Notes: generated from the letters alone by a model not told the origin. 64,000 nt of DNA from Eledone cirrhosa (GCA_964016885.1 OZ024754.1:33356001-33420000), one strand, 5' to 3'; shown: positions 15,588 to 28,842, counted from the first letter of the stretch. Made by a program: numbers and translations.

Positions 15588-15978
15588 CTAGGGTAATTCC
15601 AAAAGTAACGTCTCCAAAGCGATGGGGACGCAGAGAAACTGTTCGTACGGCTGTTGGCAACACTGTTGTAATTGGTGGTTCCTTCACTCCCCAAACAAGC
15701 ATGCGCGCGCTTCGCTGGGATGCTCAATCTAGGCTTGGCAGCCATTGAGAATGGAGCTCCCGTTGAACGCTACCGCCAAGTGTGAATTCCGCGCAGTTAT
15801 TATATAGAGGGCAATCCCAACAGTAAGGTCTCCTTCCTAGGAAAACATGCGTAAAGATCGGCGGATCACTCTGGATGCTCCCTGAAATGGTTCCAGAGGT
15901 TTCCCGAAGCACCATCCACAGGATTTTAACGGAAAAGTTGCAATATCGGAAGGAGACCTTACTTTTGGGATTGTCCTA
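15588..15978 (+). mobile_element. Internally deleted mariner element(s)
   Basis: TIRs CTAGGGTAATTCCAAAAGTAACGTCTCC / GGAGACCTTACTTTTGGGATTGTCCTA with TA flanks; extra TIR at ~15806-15833; transposase HTH remnants MELPLNATAKCEFRAVI and [20 protein letters not shown]. Confidence 0.8.
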
Positions 15979-15998
15979 TATACATATATATGCATATA

Positions 15999-16038
<40 letters not shown>

Positions 16039-16042
16039 TATA

Positions 16043-16092
<50 letters not shown>

Positions 16093-16542
16093 TATATATA
16101 TACATATACATATATACATATATATACTGTATATACATATTCATATATATACATATATATGCATATATATGTATATATATGTATAGATATATGTATATAT
16201 ATGTATATATGTATATATACTATATATACATATATATATATATACATACGTATATATATAGTATATATACATATATATATATACATATATACACATATAT
16301 ATACATATATATATATATACATATATACACACATATATATATATACATATATATACATATATATATAAATATATATACATATATATATACATATATATAC
16401 ATATATCTATACATATATATATATACATATATCTATACATATATATACATATACTTATAAATATATACATATATATATATATACATATATATATTGATAT
16501 TGCACAGTTGAAAATTGCAAACTTGACTGTCACCACATATTA

Positions 16543-16581
16543 TGAACCTGAAGATTGCGAAAGCATGAAAGTACTTGTTCA
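16543..16581 (+). ncRNA. Minimal type I hammerhead ribozyme (family 3)
   Basis: TGAAC-CTGAAGA-T.TGC(GAAA)GCA.T-GAAA-GTAC-TT-GTTCA: perfect 5-bp stem I, GNRA-capped stem II, palindromic AGTACT stem III. Confidence 0.8.
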
Positions 16582-16771
16582 ATTAACACTTAGAATTTAA
16601 TATTCTACCATAATATTTCATTATAATACCATATTATATATATTTTAAAGGATCGTAAATAAAACGAGTAAATCAGACAAAGTTGGAATTCCTCTTATTA
16701 ATATAATCTTCTATACACAATCATACACACCCGTGTATATTTATCTATCTCTATATATATACATATATATA

Positions 16772-16846
16772 TTTATTAACATAACAGATTAAAGTTTAAG
16801 CAAAGAATCGCTGCTTTCACCCTTAACGGGATCTTCTGAAACTAAC
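16772..16846 (-). mobile_element. Hammerhead-bearing element family 4 (core U4>A mutant)
   Basis: Minus strand AGTTT-CAGAAGA-T.CCC GTTAA GGG.T-GAAA-GCA..TGC-TT-AAACT; near-identical copies at 60561-60618 and 61501-61563. Confidence 0.7.
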
Positions 16847-16872
16847 ATATATATATACATATATATACATAC

Positions 16873-18213
16873 ATCAAAACTACCCTAAAGGGCCACATAT
16901 TTAAGTTCAATCAGAAAATCTACACCCAAAATGAGGGAGCAGCCATCGGCGTCAGCATAGCTGGCGATGTTGCCAACCTTTTCATGGTATGGTGGGAAAG
17001 GAGACTTAAAGATCTCCTTAATGAAAGCTCCATAGACCTCATCATGTACTCTCGTTATGTAGACGATATCAATATAGTTATAAGAACACCCCCACTAGAG
17101 AGCACTAACAAGTTTGATTTAGAACGTAGCACGATGGAAAGCATCCAGCAGATAGCTAATTCCATACACCAGAGTATAACTGTAACTATAGACTTCCCTT
17201 CCAAACACCCTAACAATAGACTACCTGTATTAGACACAGAACTCTGGATTAACACTATAGACGAGAGAGCCCAAATTCTCCACTCACACTATGCTAAACC
17301 CATGGCCTCCAAATACCTGATACTCAAAAACTCAGCAATGTCCAGTAGTGCTAAGTTTAATATTCTGATCGCAGATTTGGTACGAGTGATGAAGAATGTG
17401 TCCAGCATGTGCGACCCAACAGAAATGGAAGGACACATCCAACACTTCATCAACCGCATGCAGTTCTCTGGCTACAACCAAAGAGACAGAGTCAGAGTAT
17501 ACGAAGGAGCCATGGAAAAGTATAAGACCCTCATAGAACTGGACATGAAAGGAATTTGCCCACTATACAGGAGCAAATCATGGAATAGCTTAGATAGGGC
17601 TAGACATAAGATAGGGAAGGCCACATCATGGTACGACAACCAGAGATATCAGAGTGTCATGTTTGTGGACGCCACCCCTGGAGGGAAATTAGCTAACCAG
17701 TGTAGAAAGGCCCTGAGAAAGACCCACTTAAAAATAAAGGTGGTAGAAAAGCCAGGAACCACCATAAAATCCCTGATCAGCAAAACCTACCCTTTTAAGA
17801 AAACCCACTGTACCAATAGGAAATGTATCATATGTAAGGTGAACCCCCGGATAAACTGTAAAACTAGAAACGTAGTCTATAGCATAAGATGTACAGAGGG
17901 TACTTGCAGAAACACGACAACAACATACATAGGTGAGACAGCTCGTAGCATAGGTGAAAGGATAGACCAACACTGGGGGGAACTAAAAGGACGAAAAAAC
18001 GGGTCAGTACTATACGAACATGCTAGACAACATCATGACGGTAACATAGACAACATAGAAATTAGAATAATATCTAAACATAGGAATGACCCAGCAGATA
18101 GGCAAATCAGAGAGGCCAGTGAAATAGAAATTAGAAGACCAAAGCTAAACAGAAAGAATGAGTGGAACAACAACAACACCCAAACAAACAACACTGACCT
18201 AAGAGAAGTATAA
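16873..18213 (+). CDS. Penelope-like retroelement RT + C-terminal GIY-YIG endonuclease, 5'-truncated
   Basis: Frame is open from ~16873 (IKTTLKGHIFKFNQKIYTQNEGAAIGVSIAGDVANLFM, RT motif B'); RYVDD; LPVLD; Cys-rich linker HCTNRKCIIC; NVVYSIRC..YIGETARSIGERIDQH and HARQHH; no internal stops; abuts (TA/CA)n at the 5' end. Confidence 0.93.
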   Translation: MKTTLKGHIFKFNQKIYTQNEGAAIGVSIAGDVANLFMVWWERRLKDLLNESSIDLIMYSRYVDDINIVIRTPPLESTNKFDLERSTMESIQQIANSIHQSITVTIDFPSKHPNNRLPVLDTELWINTIDERAQILHSHYAKPMASKYLILKNSAMSSSAKFNILIADLVRVMKNVSSMCDPTEMEGHIQHFINRMQFSGYNQRDRVRVYEGAMEKYKTLIELDMKGICPLYRSKSWNSLDRARHKIGKATSWYDNQRYQSVMFVDATPGGKLANQCRKALRKTHLKIKVVEKPGTTIKSLISKTYPFKKTHCTNRKCIICKVNPRINCKTRNVVYSIRCTEGTCRNTTTTYIGETARSIGERIDQHWGELKGRKNGSVLYEHARQHHDGNIDNIEIRIISKHRNDPADRQIREASEIEIRRPKLNRKNEWNNNNTQTNNTDLREV

Positions 18214-18622
18214 ATAAATAAGTAAATTAAATTAAATAAAATAAGATAAATAAATACATACACAAGCACATAAACACACACTAGTCACCCAGCAGACACA
18301 ACACTATACACACTAGTCACACATCACACATAACACTATACACACACGCAAACGCATGCGCAAAGAAGACAAAATAAAATAAGATAAACAAACAAGCAAA
18401 TAAATAAATAAATATATAGACAGACTGAACAAAAAAAATGGCGTAGACATACAACACAACAGGAGGAACAATGAATATAACACCACTGACGATGTTGCAG
18501 ATGTGCAACGAAAGATTTATGTAAACTATATATATATGTGTTTGTCTATATTGTATCTGTATTATTTTTGACCGCCGGTCAGTCAATGGCAACATTGAGG
18601 ACCGAGTAAGTTAGATCGCAGA
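18214..18622 (+). mobile_element. PLE 3'UTR/pLTR with hammerhead-like core
   Basis: CTGACGA-T-GTTGCA gatg TGCAAC-GAAA at 18486-18513; stem I not clearly paired; ends ATTGAGGAC..GATCGCAGA then (TA)n. Confidence 0.6.
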
Positions 18623-18834
18623 TATATATATATAAAAGACAGCGAGAAGCGAAAACCAACCAAACAGTGAGTGTGTTCTGTTATTAATTCTGGCAATATT
18701 ACGCAAATATGACCCTCCCCAAATATAACAATATATATACATATATATACATATATCTATACATTTACATATATATAAATATACATACATATATATATAT
18801 GAACTATATATACTTACATATATATATATATACG

Positions 18835-18869
<35 letters not shown>

Positions 18870-18899
18870 TTGTGTGTGTATGTGTATATATATGTGTGT

Positions 18900-18959
<60 letters not shown>

Positions 18960-19012
18960 CGGCGATGAATTCTGGCAATATTACGCAAATATGACCCTCC
19001 CCAAATATAACA

Positions 19013-19054
<42 letters not shown>

Positions 19055-19194
19055 ATATATATTTCCTTAACCGATTTCTATGTAAATAAACATCCACCAA
19101 CACCAGCCCCTATCCACCTCCCCCACCACACTTTATGTAACCAGTCATTGAAATGGCTCTCTTGTTCAGCGTTCTTGTGGTAAATAAAGCAAAC

Positions 19195-20056
19195 CATCAT
19201 CACCATCATCATCATTACCACGACCACCATCATCATCATCACCACCATCATCATCATCTCCATCATCACCATTACCATCATCTCCATCATCACCATCATC
19301 ATCACCATCATCACCATTACCATCATCTCCATCATCACCATTACCACCACCAACATCATCATCATCACCACCATCACCATCATCATCATCATCATCATCA
19401 CCACCATCATCATCACCACCATCATCACCATCACCATCATCACCACCATCACCATCATCATCATCATCATCATCATCACCACCATCATCATCATCACCAT
19501 CATCACCACCATCACCATCATCACCATCATCATCACCATCATCATCACCATCATCATCACCATCATCATCATCACCATCATCATCACCATCACCATTTCC
19601 ACCATCATTACTACCACCACCACCATCATCATCATTACCACCACCACCATCATCACCATCATCACCACCATCACCATCATCATCATCATCATCATCATCA
19701 CCATCATCACCACCATCACCATCATCACCATCATCATCATCATCATCACCATCATCACCACCATCACCATCATCACCATCATCATCACCATCATCACCAC
19801 CATCACCACCACCACCATCATCACCATCATCATCACCATCACCATTTCCACCATCATCACCATCACCATCATCACCATTACCACCATCATCATCATCTCC
19901 ATCATCATCACCATCACTATTACCACCATCATCACCATCATCACCATTACCACCATCATCATCATTATCATCATCACCATCATTATCATCATCACCATTA
20001 TAATCACCATCATCATCACCATCATCATTATCACTATTATTATTATCATTATTATC
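19195..20056. repeat. (CAT/CAC)n microsatellite
   Basis: Direct inspection; source of the poly-His pseudo-ORF. Confidence 0.97.
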
Positions 20057-20153
20057 GTTAACTTTGCCTTTCGTCCTTACGGGGTCGATAAAATAAAGTA
20101 CCAGTAATGTACTGGTGTAATTGCTGGCCTTGTGCCTAAAGTAGGAATAATTA
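20057..20153 (+). mobile_element. S1 SINE 3' half (short form)
   Basis: GTTAACTTTGCCTTTCGTCCTTACGGGGTCGATAAAATAAAGTACCAG...GCTGGCCTTGTGCC. Confidence 0.85.
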
Positions 20154-20159
20154 TTATCA

Positions 20160-20242
20160 TCGTTGTTGTTGTTGTGGTTTTTGTTGTTGTTGTTGTTGTT
20201 GTTTTTGTTGTTGCTGCTGTTGTTGTTGTTGTCGCTGTTGTT

Positions 20243-20276
<34 letters not shown>

Positions 20277-20760
20277 TTGTTGTTGTTGCTGTTGCTGTTG
20301 CTGTTGTTGTTGTTGTTGTTGCTGTTGTTGTTGTTGCTGTTGTTGGTGGTGGTGGAGGTGGTGGCGTTCGTTTCCTATAATGGTTATGTGCAGCTATTGT
20401 CGTTAACCTCGTTATATATATATTATTATCTGCTACAATTGTTGTTGTTGTTATTGTTGGCTGTATTTTGTACTGCTATTATATGTTGTGTTGTTGCTAT
20501 TATATGTTGTTGTTGTTATATGTTGTTGCTATTATATGTTGTTGTTGTTATATGTTGTTGCTATTATATGTTGTTGCTATTATATGTTGTTGTTGTTATA
20601 TGTTGTTGTTATATGTTGTTGTTGCTATTATATGTTGTTGTTATTATATGTTGTTGTTGTTATTATATGTTGTTGTTATTATATGTTGTTGTTGTTATTA
20701 TATGTTGTTGTTATTATATGTTGTTGTTGTTATATGTTGTTGTTGTAATTTTCGTTGTTG
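20160..20760. repeat. (GTT)n and composite (GTT)nATTATAT repeats
   Basis: Direct inspection. Confidence 0.9.
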
Positions 20761-21159
20761 TTTTACACCTAAATACTCTCTAACCCACATATTTTATACA
20801 TATTCACCTTCAATATGAATGGGAACACATACATATACACTTAGAGCATATATATAATCATACACACACAGACGCATACACATACACATTGTATATGGAC
20901 GTACTCACACATACTAACAAACAAACAAACATATACACATTACATGTGTATACAATTATACACACACAGACGTATACAGATACACATTGTATATAAATGT
21001 ACTCACACATACTAACAAACAAACAGATATACATTTAGCGTATATATATATATAATCATACACACACATACACATACTAACAAACAAACATAGATATACA
21101 CGTTACATGTGTATACAATTATACACACACACATAGACACACAAACAGATACGTATACG

Positions 21160-23530
21160 TTTTACATATAAATGCAAACACACAGAAACACAATGGCTAA
21201 CATATACATATTATATATGTATGCACTCATACACACACACACACAAACACATACATATTTTACATACGAATGCAAACGCACAGAAACACAAGGACAAACA
21301 TATATACATTACATATGTATGCATTCATACATATACACACACAAACACATACATATTTTACATACGAATACAAACACACAGAAACACAACGACAAACATA
21401 TACACATTACATATGTATGCACTCATACATATACACACACAAACACATACATATTTTACATATAAATGCAAACACACAGAAACACAACGACAAACATATA
21501 CACATTACATATGTATGCACTCATACATATACACACACAAACACATACATATTTTACATATAAATGCAAACACACAGAAACACCACGACAAACATATACA
21601 CATTACATATGTATGCACTCATACATATACACACACAAACACATACATATTTTACATACGAATACAAACACACAGAAACACAAGGACAAACATATACACA
21701 TTACATATGTATGCACTCATACATATACACACACAAACACATACATATTTTACATACAAATGCAAACGCACAGAAACACAAGGACAAACATATACACATT
21801 ACATATGTATGCACTCATACATATACACACACAAACACATACATATTTTACATACCAATGCAAACGCACAGAAACACAAGGACAAACATATACACATTAC
21901 ATATGTATGCACTCATACATACACACACACAAACACATACACATTTTATATACAAATGCAAACACACAGAAACACAACGACAAACATATACACATTACAT
22001 ATGTATGCACTCATACATATACACACACAAACACATACATATTTTACATACCAATGCAAACGCACAGAAACACAAGGACAAACATATACACATTACATAT
22101 GTATGCACTCATACATACACACACAAACACATACATATTTTACATACGAATGCAAACACACAGAAACACCACGACAAACATATACACATTACATGTGTAT
22201 GCACTCATACATACACATACACAAACACATACACATTTTACATACGAATGAAAACACACAGAAACACAAGGACAAACATATACACATTACATATGTATGC
22301 ACTCATACATACACACACACACACACAAACACATACATATTTTACATACGAATGCAAACACACAGAAACACAAGGACAAATATATATACATTACATATGT
22401 ATGCACTCATACATATACACACACAAACACATACATATTTTACATACAAATGCAAACGCACAGAAACACAAGGACAAACATATACACATTACATATGTAT
22501 GCACTCATACATACACACACACAAACACATACACATTTTATATACAAATGCAAACACACAGAAACACAAGGACAAACATATACACATTACATATGTATGC
22601 ACTCATACATACACACAAACACAAACACATTTTATATACAAATGCAAACACACAGAAACACAACGACAAACATATACACATTACATATGTATGCACTCAT
22701 ACATACACACACACACAAACACATACACATTTTACATACGAATGCAAACACACAGAAACACAAGGACAAACATATACACATTACATGTGTATGCACTCAT
22801 ACATACACATACACAAACACATACACATTTTACATACGAATGAAAACACACAGAAACACAAGGACAAACATATACACATTACATATGTATGCACTCATAC
22901 ATATACACACACAAACACATACACATTTTACATACGAATGAAAACACACAGAAACACCACGACAAACATATACACATTACATGTGTATGCACTCATACAT
23001 ACACACACACACACACAAACACATACACATTTTACATACGAATGCAAACACACAGAAACACAACGACAAACATATACACATTACATATGTATGCACTCAT
23101 ACATATACACACACAAACACATACATATTTTACATACAAATGCAAACACACAGAAACACAAGGACAAACATACACATTACATATGTATGCACTCATACAT
23201 ACACACACACAAACACATACATATTTTACATACAAATGAAAACACACAGAAACACAAGGACAAACATACACATTACATATGTATGCACTCATACATATAC
23301 ACACACAAACACATATATATTTTACATACAAATGCAAACACACAGAAACACAAGGACAAACATATATACATTACATATGTATGCATTCATACATACACAC
23401 ACAAACATACATATTTTACATACAAATGAAAACACAGAAACACCACGACAAACATATACACATTACATGTGTATACACTCATACATACACACACAAACAC
23501 ACAAACACATACATATTTTACATACGGATG
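21160..23530. repeat. ~98-bp AC-rich minisatellite
   Basis: Unit AATGCAAACACACAGAAACACAAGGACAAACATATACACATTACATATGTATGCACTCATAC...TTTTACATAC repeated about 24 times. Confidence 0.95.
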
Positions 23531-23674
23531 CCAATCATACACACATCTAAGTACACGCTCCCATGAGTAGTATCTTATGGTCACACACTTTCATATTGTT
23601 ATATTTATGTAATAGCATATATGGTACTACCATAGACTTGGTATATCTAGTCACTAATACACGTCTACTTATAT

Positions 23675-23756
<82 letters not shown>

Positions 23757-24038
23757 GTATATATATATATATATATACATATATACATATATATATATAT
23801 ATACATATATACATATATTTATATATATAAATATATACATATATTTATATACATAAATATATATATATATATACATATATACATATATATATATACATAT
23901 ATATATATACACGCTTATATATATATATACATATATATATACATATATATATACATATATATATATATATACATATATACATATATATATATGTATATAT
24001 ATATATATATGTATACATATATACATATATATGTATAC

Positions 24039-24069
<31 letters not shown>

Positions 24070-24329
24070 TACATATGTATATATATATATATATACACAC
24101 ATATATATATCTATCTATATATATACACACATATATATATATAAGCATAAAAATATTCGCTTATATATGTATATATATATATTCATATATAAGAGTATAT
24201 TTTTATACTTATATATATATATATATATATATAAGCGTGTATTTTTATACTTATATATATATGTATATATATATATATTATATTATGGAATACTGTTGGC
24301 TTCTTGCTACAATACTTTCTATACCTTTC

Positions 24330-24396
<67 letters not shown>

Positions 24397-24485
24397 TATT
24401 ATATATATGTATATGAATACATATGTTTGTATATAAATATACGCTTATATATAAATGTATATATATGTGTATATATAAATATACG

Positions 24486-24554
<69 letters not shown>

Positions 24555-24609
24555 GTTAACATATACATAAAGTTATAGATATATATATGTTGCAACTGGT
24601 CACGATATA

Positions 24610-24665
<56 letters not shown>

Positions 24666-25720
24666 TATATATGTAAATATATATAAATATACGCTTTCAT
24701 ATATATATATATATATATATATACATACATACACATATCGACCCAAATGAGTCGTACTTGGCTAATATAATCACGATATCTCTGGTAATTCACATAGATG
24801 GGAATAAACGGGGGCCCCTTATGTACACGTTTCATCGAACAAACTGTTTCGGTCGCTTCTGAAAACCAACACAATGACTGTCGTCTGACAAAGAGGCGCA
24901 ACGACGTGGATGTCTTGGCCTGAACAATTATTTATTGTACGTTAGGCCAAACATAACAAGTGCTGGATAATCGAGGGTCGGTCACGAACGGTGAAGTGAT
25001 AGATGTTTTTGTGGTGAATGGGTTAGTGAGTAAATATGAGAGAGAGGTGGAGGTGAGGGGGGCATAGGTGGGAGAGAGGGGGTGGAGGGGAGGAGAGTGA
25101 GTGATGGGGAGAGAGGGGGGATAGAGTGAGAGTGTGTGAGAGGGAGGAATGATAGAGAGATAGGGTAGAAAGTGAGAGAGAGTGGTAGGAGAGAGAGGTG
25201 GATAGAGTGAGAGTGAGTGAGAGGGAGGAATGATAGAGAGAGGGGGAGAAAGTGAGAGAGAGAGAGAGAGAGAGAGTAAGAGAGAGAGAGAGAGTTGTAG
25301 GGGGAGAGAGAGTGTGAGCGAGAGAGAGTGGTAGGAGAGAGAGGGGGTTAGAGTGAGAGTGAGTGAGAGGGGGGAAAATGATAGAGAGAGGGGAAGAGTG
25401 ACAGTGTGAGAGAGAGGGAGGAGAATGAGAGAGAGAGGGGGAGAGAGAGAGTGAGTTAGAGAGAGGAGAGGAGGAGGAGGAGGCTGAAGAGAGTGAGAGA
25501 GAGAGAGAAGGGGGAGACAGCGCGAGACACAGAAAGAGAGAGAGGCTCATATAAAGAGAGGAAAAATGAACGCGTGAGTGTATAATGTGTAACAATAGTG
25601 TGATAATATATATGTGTGTGTGTATTATATATATATATATATATATGTGTGTGTATTAATAATATATATATATGTGTGTATTATATATATATATATATAT
25701 ATAATACACAGGAGAGGTTT

Positions 25721-25906
25721 AGTGAATTGGCAGTATCGGTAGAGGGTTGGACGCCATGCTTTCTAGCATAGTTACGTCCCTTTACAGTCTGAGTTCAAAT
25801 CTCGCCGAGGTTAACTTTGCCTTTCATCCTTACGGGGTCGATAAAATAAAGTACCAGTAATGCACTGGGAAATTGCTGGCCTTGTGCCAAAAGTAGAAAC
25901 AATTAT
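25721..25906 (+). mobile_element. S1 SINE (short form)
   Basis: Full head, body and tail. Confidence 0.9.
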
Positions 25907-26004
25907 ATATATATATATATATATGTGTGTGTATTATATATATATATATGTTTGTATATTATATATATATATGTGTGTGTATATTATATATATATATGTG
26001 TGTG

Positions 26005-26052
<48 letters not shown>

Positions 26053-26060
<8 letters not shown>

Positions 26061-26328
26061 CCAAATAATAATAAATGAAGACATTCACATAATCAAGATA
26101 TATGTCTTATTATATATATTTCAGAGGCACTGGGTTGTTTTTTCAGTACGTCCTCGCCAATACTGGAATTGAACTATCAAGACCGTTGAGATATGTCATA
26201 CATCAATTCATGTATTTTATCTGATGAGGACGTACTGAAAAAACACCACAGTACCTTCGAAATATATATAATAAAACATATATTTTGATTATGTGAATGT
26301 CTTCATTTATTAATATTCTGAATAATAT
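26053..26328 (+). mobile_element. Hairpin element (family A-related) with type I hammerhead at 26211-26280
   Basis: ~100-bp imperfect arms 26053-26155 / 26226-26328; TTTTAT-CTGATGA-GGACGTACTG..CAGTACCTTC-GAAA-TATATA-TA-ATAAAA. Confidence 0.8.
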
Positions 26329-26332
26329 TAAT

Positions 26333-26520
26333 AACTGTTTCTACTTTAGACACAAGGCCAGCAATTACCCAGTACATTACTGGTACTTTATTTTATCGAC
26401 CCCGTAAGAATGAAAGGCAAAGTTAACCTCGGCGAGATTTGAACTCAGACTGTAAAGGGACGTAACTATGCTAGAAAGCATGGCGTCCAACCCTCTACCG
26501 ATACTGCCAATTCACCGCCC
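26333..26520 (-). mobile_element. S1 SINE (short form), inverted relative to the 25721 copy
   Basis: Reverse complement of full S1. Confidence 0.9.
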
Positions 26521-26628
26521 ACTGAATAATATTAATAACGCCAGAAAACTTCATTGTAGAGTGCTTTTAATCTATTGTAAACTATATTCATTGAGTAATC
26601 AAGGAACCATATTAATCTTTGGTTATAT

Positions 26629-27105
26629 GGTTGGAGGGTCACTGATGAAGGACTCACTTTTTCATATGTATCCCATTTGCAACGCCGCAGCTCCATTATT
26701 ATCATCATATTTACACATATTACTTTTCCATGCTGCCTTCGTCTGTTCCTTGTATCTTTACCACTTCTAGCAGTCTCTCTCCCTCTCTGTTACCCTCTCC
26801 TCAACTTTCACTCACTCATTCTCTGTCACTACCTCTCCTCCTCCTCTTTCCTCCTCCTACTTCAAGTTTGACCTGTGTGTAATTCTTTTCTCGCGCAGTC
26901 TTGACCGAGCTGGTATGGAATTTTTTTCTCTCTCTCTTTCGTCTGTGACTTCACAAAACTTGCGTTTACCGATTTCGCAGACCAGACCACCTTATCTTCT
27001 TCTTCTTCTTCTTCTTCTTCTTCTTCTTCTTCTTCTTCTTCTTCTTCTTCTTCTTCTTCTTCTTCTTCTTCTTCTTCTTCTTCTTCTTCTTCCTCTTCTC
27101 TCCTT

Positions 27106-27142
<37 letters not shown>

Positions 27143-27856
27143 TTTTCCCCCCGTCAAACTTGGGCGAAATTCTTTCCTTGCTCACATTTCTACCAGGTTC
27201 GATGGTCTTTCGTCTCTTGTTCACGATTTCACAGAGTTTATATTCATAGAGATCTGGGACTTGTCTATTTCTACTCACTTTCCGTTGCTTAAACCCTTTT
27301 TGTTGTTACTCTAGCGTCCCCCTTTATTTACGTGTCCCAACGACTTTTTTTAGCCGTTGTTCGCACCACCCTGAGGCATATGGCCCTTAAAGCGATGAAA
27401 TGCCGAGGACGGTTGGAGGGTCACTGATGAAGGACTCACTTTTTCATATGTATCCCATTTGCAACGCCGCAGCTCCATTATTATCATCATATTTACACAT
27501 ATTACTTTTCTATGCTGCCTGTCTGTCTGTTCCTTGTATCTTTACCACTTCTAGCAGTCTCTCTCCCTCTCTGTTACCCTCTCCTCAACTTTCACTCACT
27601 CATTCTCTGTCACTACCTCTCCTCCTCCTCTTTCCTCCTCCTCCTTCAAGTTTGACCTGTGTGTAATTCTTTTCTCGCGCAGTCTTGACCGAGCTGGTAT
27701 GGAATTTTTTTCTCTCTCTCTTTCGTCTGTGACTTCACAAAACTTGCGTTTACCGATTTCGCAGACCAGACCACCTTATCTTCTTCTTCTTCTTCTTCTT
27801 CTTCTTCTTCTTCTTCTTCTTCTTCTTCTTCTTCTTCTTCTTCCTCTTCTCTCCTT

Positions 27857-27893
<37 letters not shown>

Positions 27894-28192
27894 TTTTCCC
27901 CCCGTCAAACTTGGGCGAAATTCTTTCCTTGCTCACATTTCTACCAGGTTCGATGGTCTTTCGTCTCTTGTTCACGATTTCACAGAGTTTATATTCATAG
28001 AGATCTGGGACTTGTCTATTTCTACTCACTTTCCGTTGCTTAAACCCTTTTTGTTGTTACTCTAGCGTCCCCCTTTATTTACGTGTCCCAACGACTTTTT
28101 TTAGCCGTTGTTCGCACCACCCTGAGGCATATGGCCCTTAAAGCGATGAAATGCCGAGGACGGTTGGAGGGTCACTGATGAAGGACTCACTT

Positions 28193-28200
<8 letters not shown>
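26629..28200. repeat. Tandem duplication: ~782 bp + ~751 bp + ~39 bp partial unit
   Basis: GGTTGGAGGGTCACTGATGAAGGACTCAC starts at 26629, 27411 and 28162; the units differ mainly in (TTC)n length. Confidence 0.95.
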
Positions 28201-28237
<37 letters not shown>

Positions 28238-28485
28238 GTCATCAAGTATAAAATTTGTAGAAATTTGTAGAAAAAAAAAAATTCTACAAATCTCATTCTT
28301 GACTACACAATATATATATATATGTGTATGTGTGTGTGTGTGAATTATACGTATGTGTGTGTGTGTGTGTTTGTGTGTGAATTATATATATGTGTGTATG
28401 TGTGTGTATTATATATATATATTTGTGTGTGTATTATATATATATATATGTGTGTGTGTGTGTTTGAATTATATATGTGTGTATT

Positions 28486-28667
28486 TTGGCAGTATCGGCA
28501 GAAGGTCGGACGCCATGCTTTGCAGCCTAGAGTTACGCCCCTTTACGGTCTGAGTTCAAATCCCGCCGAGGTTAACTTTGCCTTTCATCCTTACGGGGTC
28601 GATAAAATAAAGTACCAGTAATGTACTGGGTAATTGCTGGCCTTGTGCCTAAAGTCGAAACAATTAT
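28486..28667 (+). mobile_element. S1 SINE (short form)
   Basis: Matches the other S1 copies. Confidence 0.9.
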
Positions 28668-28801
28668 ATATAGATGTTTGTGTGTGGATTATATATATGT
28701 GTGTGTGTGTGAATTATATGTATATGTGTGTGTGTGTGCGTGTGTGTGTGTAAATTATATATATATGTGTGTGAATTATATATATGTGTGTTTGTGTGAA
28801 T

Positions 28802-28842
<41 letters not shown>

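Noticed and set aside
19153-20061. Poly-His protein
   Set aside because: A (CAT/CAC)n microsatellite that runs directly into a SINE
21221-23429. 540-621 aa His/Thr/Tyr-rich ORFs
   Set aside because: A 98-bp minisatellite nearly lacking stops on one strand
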